The notes under the pieces were generated by a model. That model was not told the DNA's origin, did not search any database, and saw nothing but the letters and a program-made list of their open reading frames with translations. A program made the position numbers and the translations under genes. Shown piece after piece: positions 18,075-27,391 of a stretch of DNA of 64,000 nt. Source of the stretch: Opitutales bacterium (GTDB lineage: Bacteria > Verrucomicrobiota > Verrucomicrobiia > Opitutales > PNEW01); NCBI GenBank assembly GCA_965197745.1, contig CBDANS010000007.1, forward strand, positions 64,001-128,000, written 5' to 3'. Within the stretch, counting starts at the first letter, position 1, and each line of letters opens with the position of its first letter.

Positions 18075-18842
18075 TTACTTCATCGGGGTGAACAGGAGGA
18101 GCGTACCGATTTGTTCGTAACCAACAACCGGATATAGCTTAGCGCCGGTGTGACTGGCCAGCAGTACCGCGCTCTTTGCACCGCCTGTGCGGTCGTCGCG
18201 CAGCATCCGGCATAACAAAGCCCGGGCAATCCCGCGGCGGCGGTACGCCGGGACTACATGCATATTCGAGCACCATGTCGCGTTGCCGACAACGATGCTG
18301 CAAACCCAACCCACGGGCTCGTTATCGACTAGGGCGACATAGGCTCGCATAGGTGAATTTTTTGGCAGATATTCAGGAAGAATCTGCCGCGAACGTGCCG
18401 CCTTTGCCAATTGATCTGCCATGTCCTCGGTCGTGATTCGCTCGATTGTGGCGGGTGCGTTATTGCGCGGGATTCGTCGCAACTTGTGAATCATCAGCGA
18501 CTCAGATAACCCGAGTCGGTATCCGAGTTTTTTGAAGCCAATGCGGAGCGGTTCATCAGGATCGTCGATACCATGAATCGCACAGACGGAGAACCGCCCA
18601 CGCGTGTGCTTGCGGGCGATCCGGTTAATCTCCTTTGGTGCCACCCCGTAAGCAATCCATTCTTCATTGCGGTAGTTGTTGCGCTTCCGCGGTGCATCGC
18701 GCACCACCCATAAGGGTTCGACGCGATCGGCCAGATACGGATGGGTAAAACTTCGTGTGAAGCAAAACCCTCGTGCGAACACCTCAATCGCCCGATTTAT
18801 GTCGGACGGTGTGCCAACTCGCGTTTGGTGCTGTTGCGTCAT
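18075..18842 (-). CDS. GNAT family N-acetyltransferase
   Basis: VVPAYRRRGIARAL acetyl-CoA motif A; LYPVVGY. Confidence 0.88.
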   Translation of the reverse strand: MTQQHQTRVGTPSDINRAIEVFARGFCFTRSFTHPYLADRVEPLWVVRDAPRKRNNYRNEEWIAYGVAPKEINRIARKHTRGRFSVCAIHGIDDPDEPLRIGFKKLGYRLGLSESLMIHKLRRIPRNNAPATIERITTEDMADQLAKAARSRQILPEYLPKNSPMRAYVALVDNEPVGWVCSIVVGNATWCSNMHVVPAYRRRGIARALLCRMLRDDRTGGAKSAVLLASHTGAKLYPVVGYEQIGTLLLFTPMK

Positions 18843-18879
18843 CCACTGATCACTGCTTCCCTTCCTATATTAAAATATT

Positions 18880-18907
18880 AACCCTGAACCTTGAACCCCG
18901 AACCCTT
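18880..18907 (+). repeat. Heptamer tandem repeat
   Basis: AACCCTG AACCTTG AACCCCG AACCCTT. Confidence 0.75.
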
Positions 18908-20024
18908 ATCTTCTCCGGGCGAAGCGGACGACACAGGGATTCGGATCGTGAAGTGCTATCTCGAAGAGGGACCGATTGGCCTCGCGATCAATGCCGCCGA
19001 GGAGTGCCGCCGTCTCGATACGGACGGTTGCGCTTGGATCTTTCAAACCTTGCTTAAACCATTGCGTTGCCCCCTGACCACCGTGCCTGGCGAGTGCAGC
19101 TGTGGCCGCAGCCCGGATTCGGACGTCGTCTGATTCAACGAACGGTTCTAAGATACTGCAGTCAATTTCATCGCAGTGAATCATCCCCTGAAGCGCGGCG
19201 ACGCGGACATCCCTGGACTCATCATCCAGAAAGAGCAGGCACCATTCGAATAAATCTGGGACCTTCAATTCCGACAGGCGCTTCAATCCGCGGACGCGCC
19301 GTTTGGTATTGGAAGACTCCAAACAATCTAGCGCTTCCTCATGCGGTTCCGCCTTCGGGAGTTCTTGTGCCGGCATCTCCTTTTTTGCCTTTGGCGGCGG
19401 GCGACTCAACTCCAGTTTTCCAAGATCGACATCTGCATTGCGGAAGAATTCCGGAAGCCATTGTCGCGCCTTTTTCAAAAATTCGTTGGGGTCAGTACCG
19501 CGCTCGGGCTGAAAGGTAATGCGATGGTGATGCCAGCGCCATAGGCGTAGGAGGCCGGGGTGGCGCGGGTTGACGCCTCCTGGCTGCCGGTGGCCAAGTA
19601 ACGCGTTCACCCAGTCAACCAGCTCATTGGGCGTGTTCAGTTCGAGGATCCTTCTTACCTTTTTACAATGGGCAGCTGGTGTGAGACCCCCTGCCACTTT
19701 GGCGTCATGTTGAACCTGCTGGCGCAATAACTTACAGGCTTCCGGATCGGACATAACACTGTTCAGTTCAGTCGATAGATCCTTAAGCACCGCGCGCCAT
19801 CGCTGACTTTTTTCAGCGCGTTGAAGGAGTGTGGCAATAGCATGAAGTGCCGGACCCTTAACCCGTTTGCCCGGCTGATGGACTGCCTGGAACACCTTTC
19901 GCCACAGTTGTATATCCTGGACATGACTCCGGCAGGGGCAGATACTTCGCATCACCATTGACCGCTTGTCGCAGGAACCCTCCTCGAGGGCGTGGATAAG
20001 TTCTGGGATTTTTAGTAGGGGCAT
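18906..20024 (-). CDS. HEAT-repeat-containing protein
   Basis: C-terminal units LDDESRDVRVAA, DDVRIRAAA, LKDPSATVR and LHDPNPCV; N-terminal CPC motif. Confidence 0.75.
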   Translation of the reverse strand: MPLLKIPELIHALEEGSCDKRSMVMRSICPCRSHVQDIQLWRKVFQAVHQPGKRVKGPALHAIATLLQRAEKSQRWRAVLKDLSTELNSVMSDPEACKLLRQQVQHDAKVAGGLTPAAHCKKVRRILELNTPNELVDWVNALLGHRQPGGVNPRHPGLLRLWRWHHHRITFQPERGTDPNEFLKKARQWLPEFFRNADVDLGKLELSRPPPKAKKEMPAQELPKAEPHEEALDCLESSNTKRRVRGLKRLSELKVPDLFEWCLLFLDDESRDVRVAALQGMIHCDEIDCSILEPFVESDDVRIRAAATAALARHGGQGATQWFKQGLKDPSATVRIETAALLGGIDREANRSLFEIALHDPNPCVVRFARRR

Positions 20025-20104
20025 TTGAGATCAAAAACAACTAATGGGGATATGATGGATTTACAAGCTTGATATAGCTTTTTCTGAATCTCCATCTGGA
20101 GAGC

Positions 20105-20620
20105 TTAACGTTTCCTAACGACACCACCGATGAACGAATGCTTTGCCTCACCGTACGCGTCGCGGTCAAAGCGAAAACGTCGAGCCAGTTCGCGCTTCAG
20201 TGCAGCATATTCCTGTGCAACATTGGGGTGTGTGCGCAAGTAATCGCGAAATGCTATACGCATTTTCCAGCAATCACTGTGATACGGAATAAGCTGAAGG
20301 TTATACGGCTGCTTGCCTGGCGCCCTCTTGTCAAAGAAATGCATGACATGCGAGCAGACAGAATCATAGTAGCTGTATCCAATTGCCTCCAGAGAACCGA
20401 AGGCTGGACGAGATTCGTCGAGGCCAGCCACCCCGACTTGAATATCGACTATAGGTTTTGCCGCAAGCCCTGGCACTGAAGTACTGCCGACGTGTTCAAT
20501 ACTGCCAGTTACATATTCACCGATCGCACTGTTTAGCATTTCACGTTCTTTCATGAATGCCACGACCCATGATTCATCGTAAGCAGCGATTTCAACTTTC
20601 TCTATTTCAGTAGCGGTCAT
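20105..20620 (-). CDS. GrpB family protein
   Basis: IEHVGSTSVPGLAAKPIVDI, FRDYLR, YAALK and YGEAK motifs; start at MTATE with a GAGG RBS. Confidence 0.92.
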   Translation of the reverse strand: MTATEIEKVEIAAYDESWVVAFMKEREMLNSAIGEYVTGSIEHVGSTSVPGLAAKPIVDIQVGVAGLDESRPAFGSLEAIGYSYYDSVCSHVMHFFDKRAPGKQPYNLQLIPYHSDCWKMRIAFRDYLRTHPNVAQEYAALKRELARRFRFDRDAYGEAKHSFIGGVVRKR

Positions 20621-20691
20621 GACCTCTTTCTTATTTTCTTTTTGAGAATTGTTGCAGTGAGCTAATAGGTGACATAGGAAGATCAGTAGCT

Positions 20692-21699
20692 TCACATCTG
20701 ACTTATTACAATATACAGTGCAATTTCACCTTCTTCCACTCCCTTCTCCACGAATCCCAGGCTTTTGTAAAGAGAATGTGCCGGTGTGTTATTAGGAAGA
20801 GTAGAAATTCTGACGACATCAACTTTCGGTTCAAATTTTCGTATCCAGCTTAGAGTGGTTTCAAGGAGGTTACGTCCTAGTCCTCGACGTTGGAATCGAT
20901 AATCAATCGCCAACCGAACGATATTTACGTATTGCCGCTGTACTGATTGATATGGATATACAAGCAGATATCCCACAGGTTTGTCGCCGTAGTAGGCAAT
21001 TCTAAAAAGAGATCGTTTATAAACATAAGCATCAGCCAAAGTCTTTTGGACCGATGCGACTAGATCTTGTTGATCAGGTCGCACAGTTAACGCCATGGCG
21101 AGATCGTAGTTGTCAGGAGTAATAGGTACGAGATCAATCTTATTTTGTTTCTCATGTGCCGTCTGTTGGTGATTATTAGAAATCAGAATTTCGAATTCGC
21201 TTCGAAGCATCGAATATATCAATCTGTTGCTTACAGAGTCGTTGTTCCAGTCGGACTCACGCAATTCGCCTTCTTTATGATACCCGCATTTTTCTGCTAT
21301 CTGCCATGATGCAATGTTGCTTGGATTTGTCATGATCTGCAAACGGTTTAAATTATCTCGTTCTTCGAAAAGATAATGAGTCAGCAATGTGACTCCTTCA
21401 GTCATATACCCTTTTCGTCTATCTGATTCCGAATGAATAATGTATCCCAACTCTAAACCGTCGATTCCCCAATCAGATTGATAAAATTGAATGCTCCCAA
21501 CTAATCGCGAACTTTCATTTTCAATAAGAGCCACAGCGCCCGATTGTTCTGTCCAAAATTCGGTCTTCGCGTATAATTCCCTGATTCGTTCGACATCAAT
21601 AAGCGGCTCTGTAATCGACAATGTGTAGTGATGTTTCGATACATGCTCGAAATCAGCTGGTTCTATTTTTCGTATGGAAACTAACTTTCCGGATCTCAT
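20692..21699 (-). CDS. Double-GNAT protein (RimJ/L-like plus SpeG-like), possibly a fusion of two cassettes
   Basis: First domain has RRKGYMTE and NIASWQIAEKCGY; second has QRRGLGR and AHSLYKSLGF. Start placed downstream of the GTTAGAA site. Confidence 0.85.
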   Translation of the reverse strand: MRSGKLVSIRKIEPADFEHVSKHHYTLSITEPLIDVERIRELYAKTEFWTEQSGAVALIENESSRLVGSIQFYQSDWGIDGLELGYIIHSESDRRKGYMTEGVTLLTHYLFEERDNLNRLQIMTNPSNIASWQIAEKCGYHKEGELRESDWNNDSVSNRLIYSMLRSEFEILISNNHQQTAHEKQNKIDLVPITPDNYDLAMALTVRPDQQDLVASVQKTLADAYVYKRSLFRIAYYGDKPVGYLLVYPYQSVQRQYVNIVRLAIDYRFQRRGLGRNLLETTLSWIRKFEPKVDVVRISTLPNNTPAHSLYKSLGFVEKGVEEGEIALYIVISQM

Positions 21700-21702
21700 T
21701 AT

Positions 21703-21749
21703 TTCTAACGATGAAAGGAGCTGCATTATGGCGTAGCAAAAATGCTAGC
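21703..21749 (-). other. Right half of a degenerate attC-like site
   Basis: Minus strand ...TTTGCTACGCCATAATGCAGCTCCTTTCATC-GTTAGAA lies just upstream of the ATG; no matching left arm. Confidence 0.5.
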
Positions 21750-22577
21750 TCACCTGATTTGCTGACTCCTTTCCAGCATAAGATAATTGTAGGCAAGTCT
21801 GAATCCACACTTTTGTAAGCTCATTGAACTGGGAATATTGAAATCTGTAACCGAAAACACCAATTCACATCCCGACGCAAAAGCATCTCCGCATCTCGCG
21901 AAGACGTGCTCACCATGGTGGCCTTTCCTGCGATATTCCTTTAATGTATAACCCCACGCTAGATAACCAATTTCATTTTTGATGAACAGTTTTGAAATGC
22001 TGACCGGATTATTGTTTTCAAATCCAATATAATTCATCCAGCTATTTGTGAAACCGTGCTTGATCGCATTTTTTTCTTTCTCCATATCCTCATCATTAAC
22101 TGGCTCAACCTTAAGCTTTACTTCAATAAACTCATTAGCTTCATCACATGAAAACCGCCTGATTCGTCCCGCTACTCTTTCCTTTGCATTTTGTTCACCT
22201 AGATGGTCGAGATACCAAACACATCGGAACATACCTGGATAGTACCCCAACTCAAGCAAGGCAGGTAAGATTTCAGATTTCCAAGAAAAAGGCTTAGTTC
22301 TATAGAAATTGGCAGGGTTTAGCTCGAAATAGCCATCTACTCCCTTCTTGTCAAAAAGAGAGGTAACTTCTTTTAATTCCTCTATTGTCTCATTTCCTGT
22401 GAAAATAGCTCGATTTTCCAAACGATTTTCATTCGAGAGAAATATCCGTGTATCACCTACTTTTATTATCTCTACTCCCTTGGGATTCCCCGGCAATAGA
22501 GACAATTGCCGATAATCTGATTCAATATGATCGGCATGAGCGTTTTGAAGTCGTCTTACGATGTCCCGAGTATGCAT
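21750..22577 (-). CDS. GNAT-domain protein
   Basis: TLKEYRRKGHH and SLQKCGFRLAY motifs. Confidence 0.8.
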   Translation of the reverse strand: MHTRDIVRRLQNAHADHIESDYRQLSLLPGNPKGVEIIKVGDTRIFLSNENRLENRAIFTGNETIEELKEVTSLFDKKGVDGYFELNPANFYRTKPFSWKSEILPALLELGYYPGMFRCVWYLDHLGEQNAKERVAGRIRRFSCDEANEFIEVKLKVEPVNDEDMEKEKNAIKHGFTNSWMNYIGFENNNPVSISKLFIKNEIGYLAWGYTLKEYRRKGHHGEHVFARCGDAFASGCELVFSVTDFNIPSSMSLQKCGFRLAYNYLMLERSQQIR

Positions 22578-22726
22578 TTTTCTATTAGTTTAAAGTGTGT
22601 TTTCAACGTACTGCTCTGGTTCTTTTTCTTCTCATATTCCTTCTTCATATATTCTCCTTTACTAGTTTATTCGAAGAAAGCGTCTCCACATGTTTGTGTC
22701 ACGCCCATAGCTCGGATCCGAAGAAG

Positions 22727-22752
22727 AAAAAAGCCGTTCCAGGCGGAACGGC
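22727..22752 (-). terminator. Intrinsic terminator/attenuator hairpin
   Basis: Minus strand GCCGTTCC-GCCT-GGAACGGC followed by TTTTTT. Confidence 0.8.
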
Positions 22753-22783
22753 CAAACTGCTCTTGATAGCTTGCTGGTGCTAC

Positions 22784-22843
22784 CTAGTGTCGGGACCTAC
22801 CTGGGAGTGACAACGCGACGAATTGAATCTTAGCTGCAATCAT
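22784..22843 (-). CDS. Putative 19-aa leader peptide MIAAKIQFVALSLPGRSRH
   Basis: Strong RBS AAAAGGAG; the stop lies about 30 nt before the terminator hairpin. Confidence 0.5.
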   Translation of the reverse strand: MIAAKIQFVALSLPGRSRH

Positions 22844-22971
22844 GATATGTCTCTCCTTTTATAGGTGTAGGTTTCGAGTTCTTGGGTAATGTTCATAATA
22901 ATTCATTCGATAGTAACTTCGGTGTCAATAAATATCCGTGGCTACTTCATGCTGGTTGCACCGGCAGTCGG

Positions 22972-22994
22972 GACCGTTCCAATGAGTGTTAGGC
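22972..22994 (-). other. Left half of an attC-like site
   Basis: Minus strand GCCTAAC-ACTCA-TTGGAACGG begins just after the methyltransferase stop; no partner right arm. Confidence 0.5.
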
Positions 22995-23002
22995 GTCCGG
23001 CT

Positions 23003-23812
23003 TCAATTTCCCACTTTGCTTCCCACATAAAGTAGATGGCCACCACTACCCAGGATAGATGGATCGCGAGAGACACGGTATAGTATCTCAAACCATTCTG
23101 TGTACACTTCCGGCTTTGCACTGTAGAGTTTCTCGTAATTTTCATGAGTTAGACAATCCATCGCTGCAAGATCCAGTTTTGTAAATCCACCCTCCTCCAT
23201 CAGGGGTTCGATCTGGTCGGGGTGAGCACACCATGCATCAGTGAATCCGCTCGAGTCCTTGGGACTAATATGCACGCCATCAGCAACAATTTTCCTGATG
23301 TCATCACCTTCTCGAAGGATGTACTCTGGATCTCGATAGAGTGCCCACTGAAGAATGCTGTAGCGGGTTAAAAAATCGACAAATATAATACCATTCGGTT
23401 TCAAAATACGCCAAGACTCTCGAACAGCTTGCAGGCGTTCACTGTGGGATGGCAAATGGTAGATCGGACCCATTAACAGTACCGTATCAAAGGAAGCATC
23501 CTGAATTACCGACAGGTCTCTTGCGTCTGATTTTAAAGTGCGAAATAGAGTCACCCCCGCTTCCAGTGCTTTATTCTCAGCAAAACCGAGTGCCTCTGCC
23601 GATAGATCGACCAAAGTGACTTTGTACCCCTGCTTCGTTAATTCGATCGCATACCTACCGACACCACCACCGATATCTGCGATTTCAGCCAACGTTTCTG
23701 GTAAGTAATCAGAAAACATGCGCATCGCGATATCGTACTGCAGTCGCATGCGCTCAAGCCTCTGCCACTCGCGCTCTGTTACTGAGTCATAGAATTTCTC
23801 TACATTTTTCAT
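23003..23812 (-). CDS. Class I SAM-dependent methyltransferase
   Basis: ADIGGGVGRY, VDLS and FDTVLLMGPIYHL motifs. Confidence 0.9.
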   Translation of the reverse strand: MKNVEKFYDSVTEREWQRLERMRLQYDIAMRMFSDYLPETLAEIADIGGGVGRYAIELTKQGYKVTLVDLSAEALGFAENKALEAGVTLFRTLKSDARDLSVIQDASFDTVLLMGPIYHLPSHSERLQAVRESWRILKPNGIIFVDFLTRYSILQWALYRDPEYILREGDDIRKIVADGVHISPKDSSGFTDAWCAHPDQIEPLMEEGGFTKLDLAAMDCLTHENYEKLYSAKPEVYTEWFEILYRVSRDPSILGSGGHLLYVGSKVGN

Positions 23813-23832
23813 GTAATCTATGAAGTTCTGGA

Positions 23833-24264
23833 TTATATCGATAATAGAGCAGCGATACGATCCAACTCTTGTCGATCGGTAATCTCGATATGTTTATCGC
23901 TGAATCGTACTTTGCCGTCTTCAATATAAGCATGTCGACTGGATACAATATCATGCGGGTCCTGCTGCGGAACCAGGATAAGATGAGCGTGAGGTAGACC
24001 GAACCCATGGATCACCATTCCAATGCGCAAGGGCGATAGAACTTCCATCATTTTACGTCCGATTTGCTGAGAGATCACCATAATATGTGATACCAGATCA
24101 TCTGGTATATCAGTAAAATGATCGATATGCTCTTTTGGTAGGACGGTGCACTCTCCATTTCGTGTAGGTCGCAAGGTCATAAAGGAGATAATCCGGTCAT
24201 CTTCATAGACACGACTGGCAGGTGCTTGCCCGGCTATGATTTGGCAGAAAATACACTCATCCAT
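23833..24264 (-). CDS. HIT family protein
   Basis: CIFCQII, PKEH and a variant triad HAHLILVP (third His replaced). Confidence 0.85.
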   Translation of the reverse strand: MDECIFCQIIAGQAPASRVYEDDRIISFMTLRPTRNGECTVLPKEHIDHFTDIPDDLVSHIMVISQQIGRKMMEVLSPLRIGMVIHGFGLPHAHLILVPQQDPHDIVSSRHAYIEDGKVRFSDKHIEITDRQELDRIAALLSI

Positions 24265-24286
24265 GGCGTTTCATTTGGACAATTCT

Positions 24287-24339
24287 AACATCATATTATC
24301 CAACCGGTTATTGCGGTGAGAAAAACAAGAAGCAAATCA
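24287..24339 (-). repeat. GTT-terminated attI-like repeat, copy D (internally shortened)
   Basis: Minus strand TGATTTGCTTCTTGTTTTTCTCACCGCAATAACCGGTTGGATAATATGAT-GTT(AGAA); aligns to copy B with a gap of about 17 nt. Confidence 0.6.
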
Positions 24340-24774
24340 TTTCGGTTTTTCTAAATAGTCAATCACGGCATTCCAAAGTGGGTGGTCCGGCTGCATGTGC
24401 ATTCGATAGAAATCCACAGTTTTGCTCCATACTGGCCTACCCAACACCTCAGTAATAGTTCTATCCGACGCTTCCCCAATTCCTGTAGTGCTTGGATAGG
24501 TCGTTACATGCACGCTCAAATCTCCAACCTTGAATTTAAATGAGGGTGGGTTCGAGGGGGTGATCTGCGTAGGTCCATATTCTTTGAACACTTCCCTTGT
24601 TTCTTCGATGCATCCCCACTTCACGGTTATGTCCAGATCATCCATATCAAAGTTGATTCCATGAGCGAATAGGGCAGTGGAACCATCGAGATGATAGGTG
24701 ATCTTGTTCAATTCCAAATCGCAAACGATGCGCACTATCAGATTTCCCCAATCTCTTCTCCGTGGAATCTCCAT
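24337..24774 (-). CDS. Nucleotidyltransferase-fold protein
   Basis: GSTAL...G...DDLDI resembles the Pol-beta NTase hG[GS]...DxD signature. Confidence 0.6.
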   Translation of the reverse strand: MEIPRRRDWGNLIVRIVCDLELNKITYHLDGSTALFAHGINFDMDDLDITVKWGCIEETREVFKEYGPTQITPSNPPSFKFKVGDLSVHVTTYPSTTGIGEASDRTITEVLGRPVWSKTVDFYRMHMQPDHPLWNAVIDYLEKPK

Positions 24775-24788
24775 ATCAGTAATCGCTT

Positions 24789-24845
24789 GGCTGACGCTTA
24801 ATTCATCGGTGTTGTTTTCTCATCCGCTGGAGCGCCTTGTTGGGA
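24789..24845 (-). other. Degenerate complete attC-like site
   Basis: Minus strand TCCCAAC-AAGGC-GCTCCAGCGG...CCGATGAAT-TAAGC-GTCAGCC; the R''/L''/L'/R' order is kept, with mutations in L' and R'. Confidence 0.6.
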
Positions 24846-25402
24846 GTCTTTGGTGCTCCCGCATGGTAACGTTCATATCCGAAGAATTCGAAGTCTTCCC
24901 TTGAACCGTTCCACACAAGCTCTTCATCTCCTTCGGCCATAATCTCAATGAAGTTCCCTGATGGTCGATATCCACCCGCGTTCAAGTGAGGAAAAGATGC
25001 AACATCATTAGAATTCACAAAAGGAAGTTCCTTGAGGCACTCAGGTAAATCTTCGAAGTAGAGTATTTGAGTGATACCTGACCATTCAACGAATTCCTTC
25101 TGGCTTATAGGCTGGTCCTTTGGTCGAACCCAGTTGCTGACTGCTTCAGCGTAGCTTTTCGGTTTCTTATAGTCCTCGGGTTTGTCAACCGGCTCAAAAT
25201 ACCAACCGCTTGCCTGGATCTCATATGGATTTCTGATTAGTGTAAATACCAGGAAATCACTGAATTCTACCGGCACGATCCATTCGTGATGTCGACCATA
25301 CCACTCGCCCTGGTAGTGTTCCACGAGCCACTGTGACATGGATTTTGAACCCGTGCGTGGAATTGAAATATATATGTACTTAAGGGCTTTAGAAATAATC
25401 AT
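24803..25402 (-). CDS. Sulfotransferase family 2-like protein
   Basis: IPRTGSKS (PAPS 5'-PSB), RNPY and DFEFFGY motifs; start reassigned to MIISK downstream of GTTGGAC. Confidence 0.75.
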   Translation of the reverse strand: MIISKALKYIYISIPRTGSKSMSQWLVEHYQGEWYGRHHEWIVPVEFSDFLVFTLIRNPYEIQASGWYFEPVDKPEDYKKPKSYAEAVSNWVRPKDQPISQKEFVEWSGITQILYFEDLPECLKELPFVNSNDVASFPHLNAGGYRPSGNFIEIMAEGDEELVWNGSREDFEFFGYERYHAGAPKTPNKALQRMRKQHR

Positions 25403-25411
25403 ATCGTTTAC

Positions 25412-25506
25412 GTCCAACGTTCCAGATGAGCGACTGAAGAGAGAATAACCAAGAACGAGAGCGTCGCAAGCCAACATCGGAACTGAAAGCACCCGCTCCA
25501 TCTGGT
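25412..25506 (-). other. attC-like site with lost R'' box
   Basis: Minus strand CCAGATGGAGCG...CGCTCATCTGG-AAC-GTTGGAC; the arms pair with one extrahelical G, as in attC. Confidence 0.6.
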
Positions 25507-25545
25507 CTAATTATTTCATTCACTGGATGTTCCCGAGTGAGGCGC

Positions 25546-26346
25546 CTAGCCGGATAGCGAAACTGAACCAGTCAGAATGTGCCCGCAGGGAACGAAGCCG
25601 GCTTTCTGAAGCGTGTTGCGAGAAGAGATATTAGTGATGTGGCAACGTGCTGCGGGAACGCTTCCTTGCTCGTAACAAACCCGTTTCAACTCTTGCACCA
25701 GGTAACAGCCAAGTCCACGCCTCCAGAACGGTTCCGCCACTTCCATGTAAATGTCGCCATAAGGGCGATTATAGTGAAATAAAATGCCTCCAGTCGCCGC
25801 GATCTCGCCCTCGACATCTAATACCCAATCTCCAACCGGCTCCACTCGGTGTGGAAAAATATGTTCGGTATCGTCTTCTGTCGCTCTCCGAAAAACGGAG
25901 CCGTTCGAAGAGTGAGCAGTTGTCAGTTTATCGTGGAAGAGGATGGACTCGGGCTTCACTTTTTTAGCGAACGTGTGCAACATTACGGTCAACCATGGAT
26001 CATTGCTCTGGGTTCTGATCCTGTTCGAGCCGCAGGTGGTAAGCAGCACAACAAACAGGTCGAACATGCGCGAGCGATAAGGCGGTGCTACATAGAACTC
26101 GAACACCGCTGGGTTCTTCTTCCAAGATCCACCGACCATAATCGAGCCATATCCCGCAATGACGTCGCCTACAATGAGAAGATAGGGTTTGCTCCAACCT
26201 TTACGAGAGTGTAATGAGTCATGAATGATCTGGCAATTCATCTCCTGCCGGTAACGATCGCGCCAGGGTAAAATGTTCTCAAGCGTTGTAGTTCTCGCCG
26301 TGTTTTTTTGAATTCTCTCTACGGGAGTGGCAATGCCTTTTAACAT
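25546..26346 (-). CDS. GNAT family N-acetyltransferase (start uncertain)
   Basis: VAEPFWRRGLG and SRNTLQKAGF motifs; the longer track ORF runs through the upstream repeat. Confidence 0.82.
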   Translation of the reverse strand: MLKGIATPVERIQKNTARTTTLENILPWRDRYRQEMNCQIIHDSLHSRKGWSKPYLLIVGDVIAGYGSIMVGGSWKKNPAVFEFYVAPPYRSRMFDLFVVLLTTCGSNRIRTQSNDPWLTVMLHTFAKKVKPESILFHDKLTTAHSSNGSVFRRATEDDTEHIFPHRVEPVGDWVLDVEGEIAATGGILFHYNRPYGDIYMEVAEPFWRRGLGCYLVQELKRVCYEQGSVPAARCHITNISSRNTLQKAGFVPCGHILTGSVSLSG

Positions 26347-26415
26347 TAGATTAGCCAATAGGTTTTCAATATAGTCTCCGCTATCGAGGGGAGAAAGGCA
26401 ACAGACAAATCTCAA
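26342..26415 (-). repeat. GTT-terminated attI-like repeat, copy A
   Basis: Minus strand TTGAGATTTGTCTGTTGCCTTTCT...AAAACCTATTGGCTAATCTAAT-GTT; 56/74 identical to copy B by manual alignment. Confidence 0.75.
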
Positions 26416-26420
26416 CAGTG

Positions 26421-26445
26421 GGTCCGCTTCAGCGTGTTGTCAGGC
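26421..26445 (-). other. Left half of an attC-like site, cut off by repeat A
   Basis: Minus strand GCCTGAC-AACAC-GCTGAAGCGGACC directly after the APH stop. Confidence 0.55.
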
Positions 26446-26446
26446 G

Positions 26447-27334
26447 TCATTTTATCTCCTCATCCGCGAGGATATCATCGATCACCTGCATTGCCCTGGC
26501 AGCTTCAGCGGGATTGCTTCCGCGATGCTCCCTTAGTTCCAGTAATGCCTTCCAAATACCCCAACCTCGCCCTCGCACCCAGGTCGCTTCGTCGACGTTC
26601 AGTTCAGAGTGGAAATATTCCCTGCTTGATCCGGATAAGAATGTCCACGCGATGGTGACGTCGCAGGAAGGATCTCCCGCTCCCAGTTGTCCGAAATCGA
26701 TCACGGCGCAAAGTCGTCCCCCTTGCACGAGGAGATTATCGAACGCGACGTCACCGTGGACCCAAACGGGTTGGCGATCCCATTTTGCTTTTAAAGCCGA
26801 TTCCCAAATAGAGGTCGCCGCCTGCGCATCAATTACATCTTCCAGTGCCTCTATGCACTCGCGGGTCTGAGAGTCATACACCGATAAATCTCCGCCTCGA
26901 TAGTGGTTGTCTGGTCCCGCCAGTGGTGCATGGGTTGTATCAATCGTTTGCAGTATATTCAAAAAGTTGGCGATATCTTTCGCGAATTCATTCAAATCAG
27001 AAATACGCTCGATGGAAGCATTTTCACCTTGAAGCCACTTGTTCACGGACCAGGGCCACGGGTACCCCAGTCCCGGAATACCTCTTCCGAGAGGGACTGG
27101 AATTGGTAGTGGAAGATGGGGGGCGAGTTTAGGGAGCCACTCATGCTCTGTGTTGACGTGCTTCATGTAATTCTTTCCGCTCGGCATTCGAACACTCATT
27201 TCATCGCCAAGATGGAATGTTCTATTGTCGTGTCCATCGATCTCGACTGGGGTTATCGCCAGATTTGCCCACTGGGAAAACTGCGCAGCGACCAACCGCT
27301 GCACGAGGGATACATTAATTTCCACTATGTCCAT
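26447..27334 (-). CDS. Aminoglycoside phosphotransferase (APH) family protein
   Basis: GHDNRTF, VWVHGD..DN and IDFG motifs; start MDIVEI follows GTTAGGC at 27343-27349. Confidence 0.9.
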   Translation of the reverse strand: MDIVEINVSLVQRLVAAQFSQWANLAITPVEIDGHDNRTFHLGDEMSVRMPSGKNYMKHVNTEHEWLPKLAPHLPLPIPVPLGRGIPGLGYPWPWSVNKWLQGENASIERISDLNEFAKDIANFLNILQTIDTTHAPLAGPDNHYRGGDLSVYDSQTRECIEALEDVIDAQAATSIWESALKAKWDRQPVWVHGDVAFDNLLVQGGRLCAVIDFGQLGAGDPSCDVTIAWTFLSGSSREYFHSELNVDEATWVRGRGWGIWKALLELREHRGSNPAEAARAMQVIDDILADEEIK

Positions 27335-27391
27335 TTCTTGTTGCCTAACGTTTAGCTTGATCCTCAAATGGCCCGCTAGGCATGGGTCCAA

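Noticed and set aside
22740..22995. IS110/IS1111 element inserted in attC
   Set aside because: No transposase; the GGAACGG match is explained by the terminator hairpin and the attC left arm.
26447..27334. Bona fide aminoglycoside resistance gene
   Set aside because: The motifs support only the broad APH/kinase-like family; substrate cannot be inferred.
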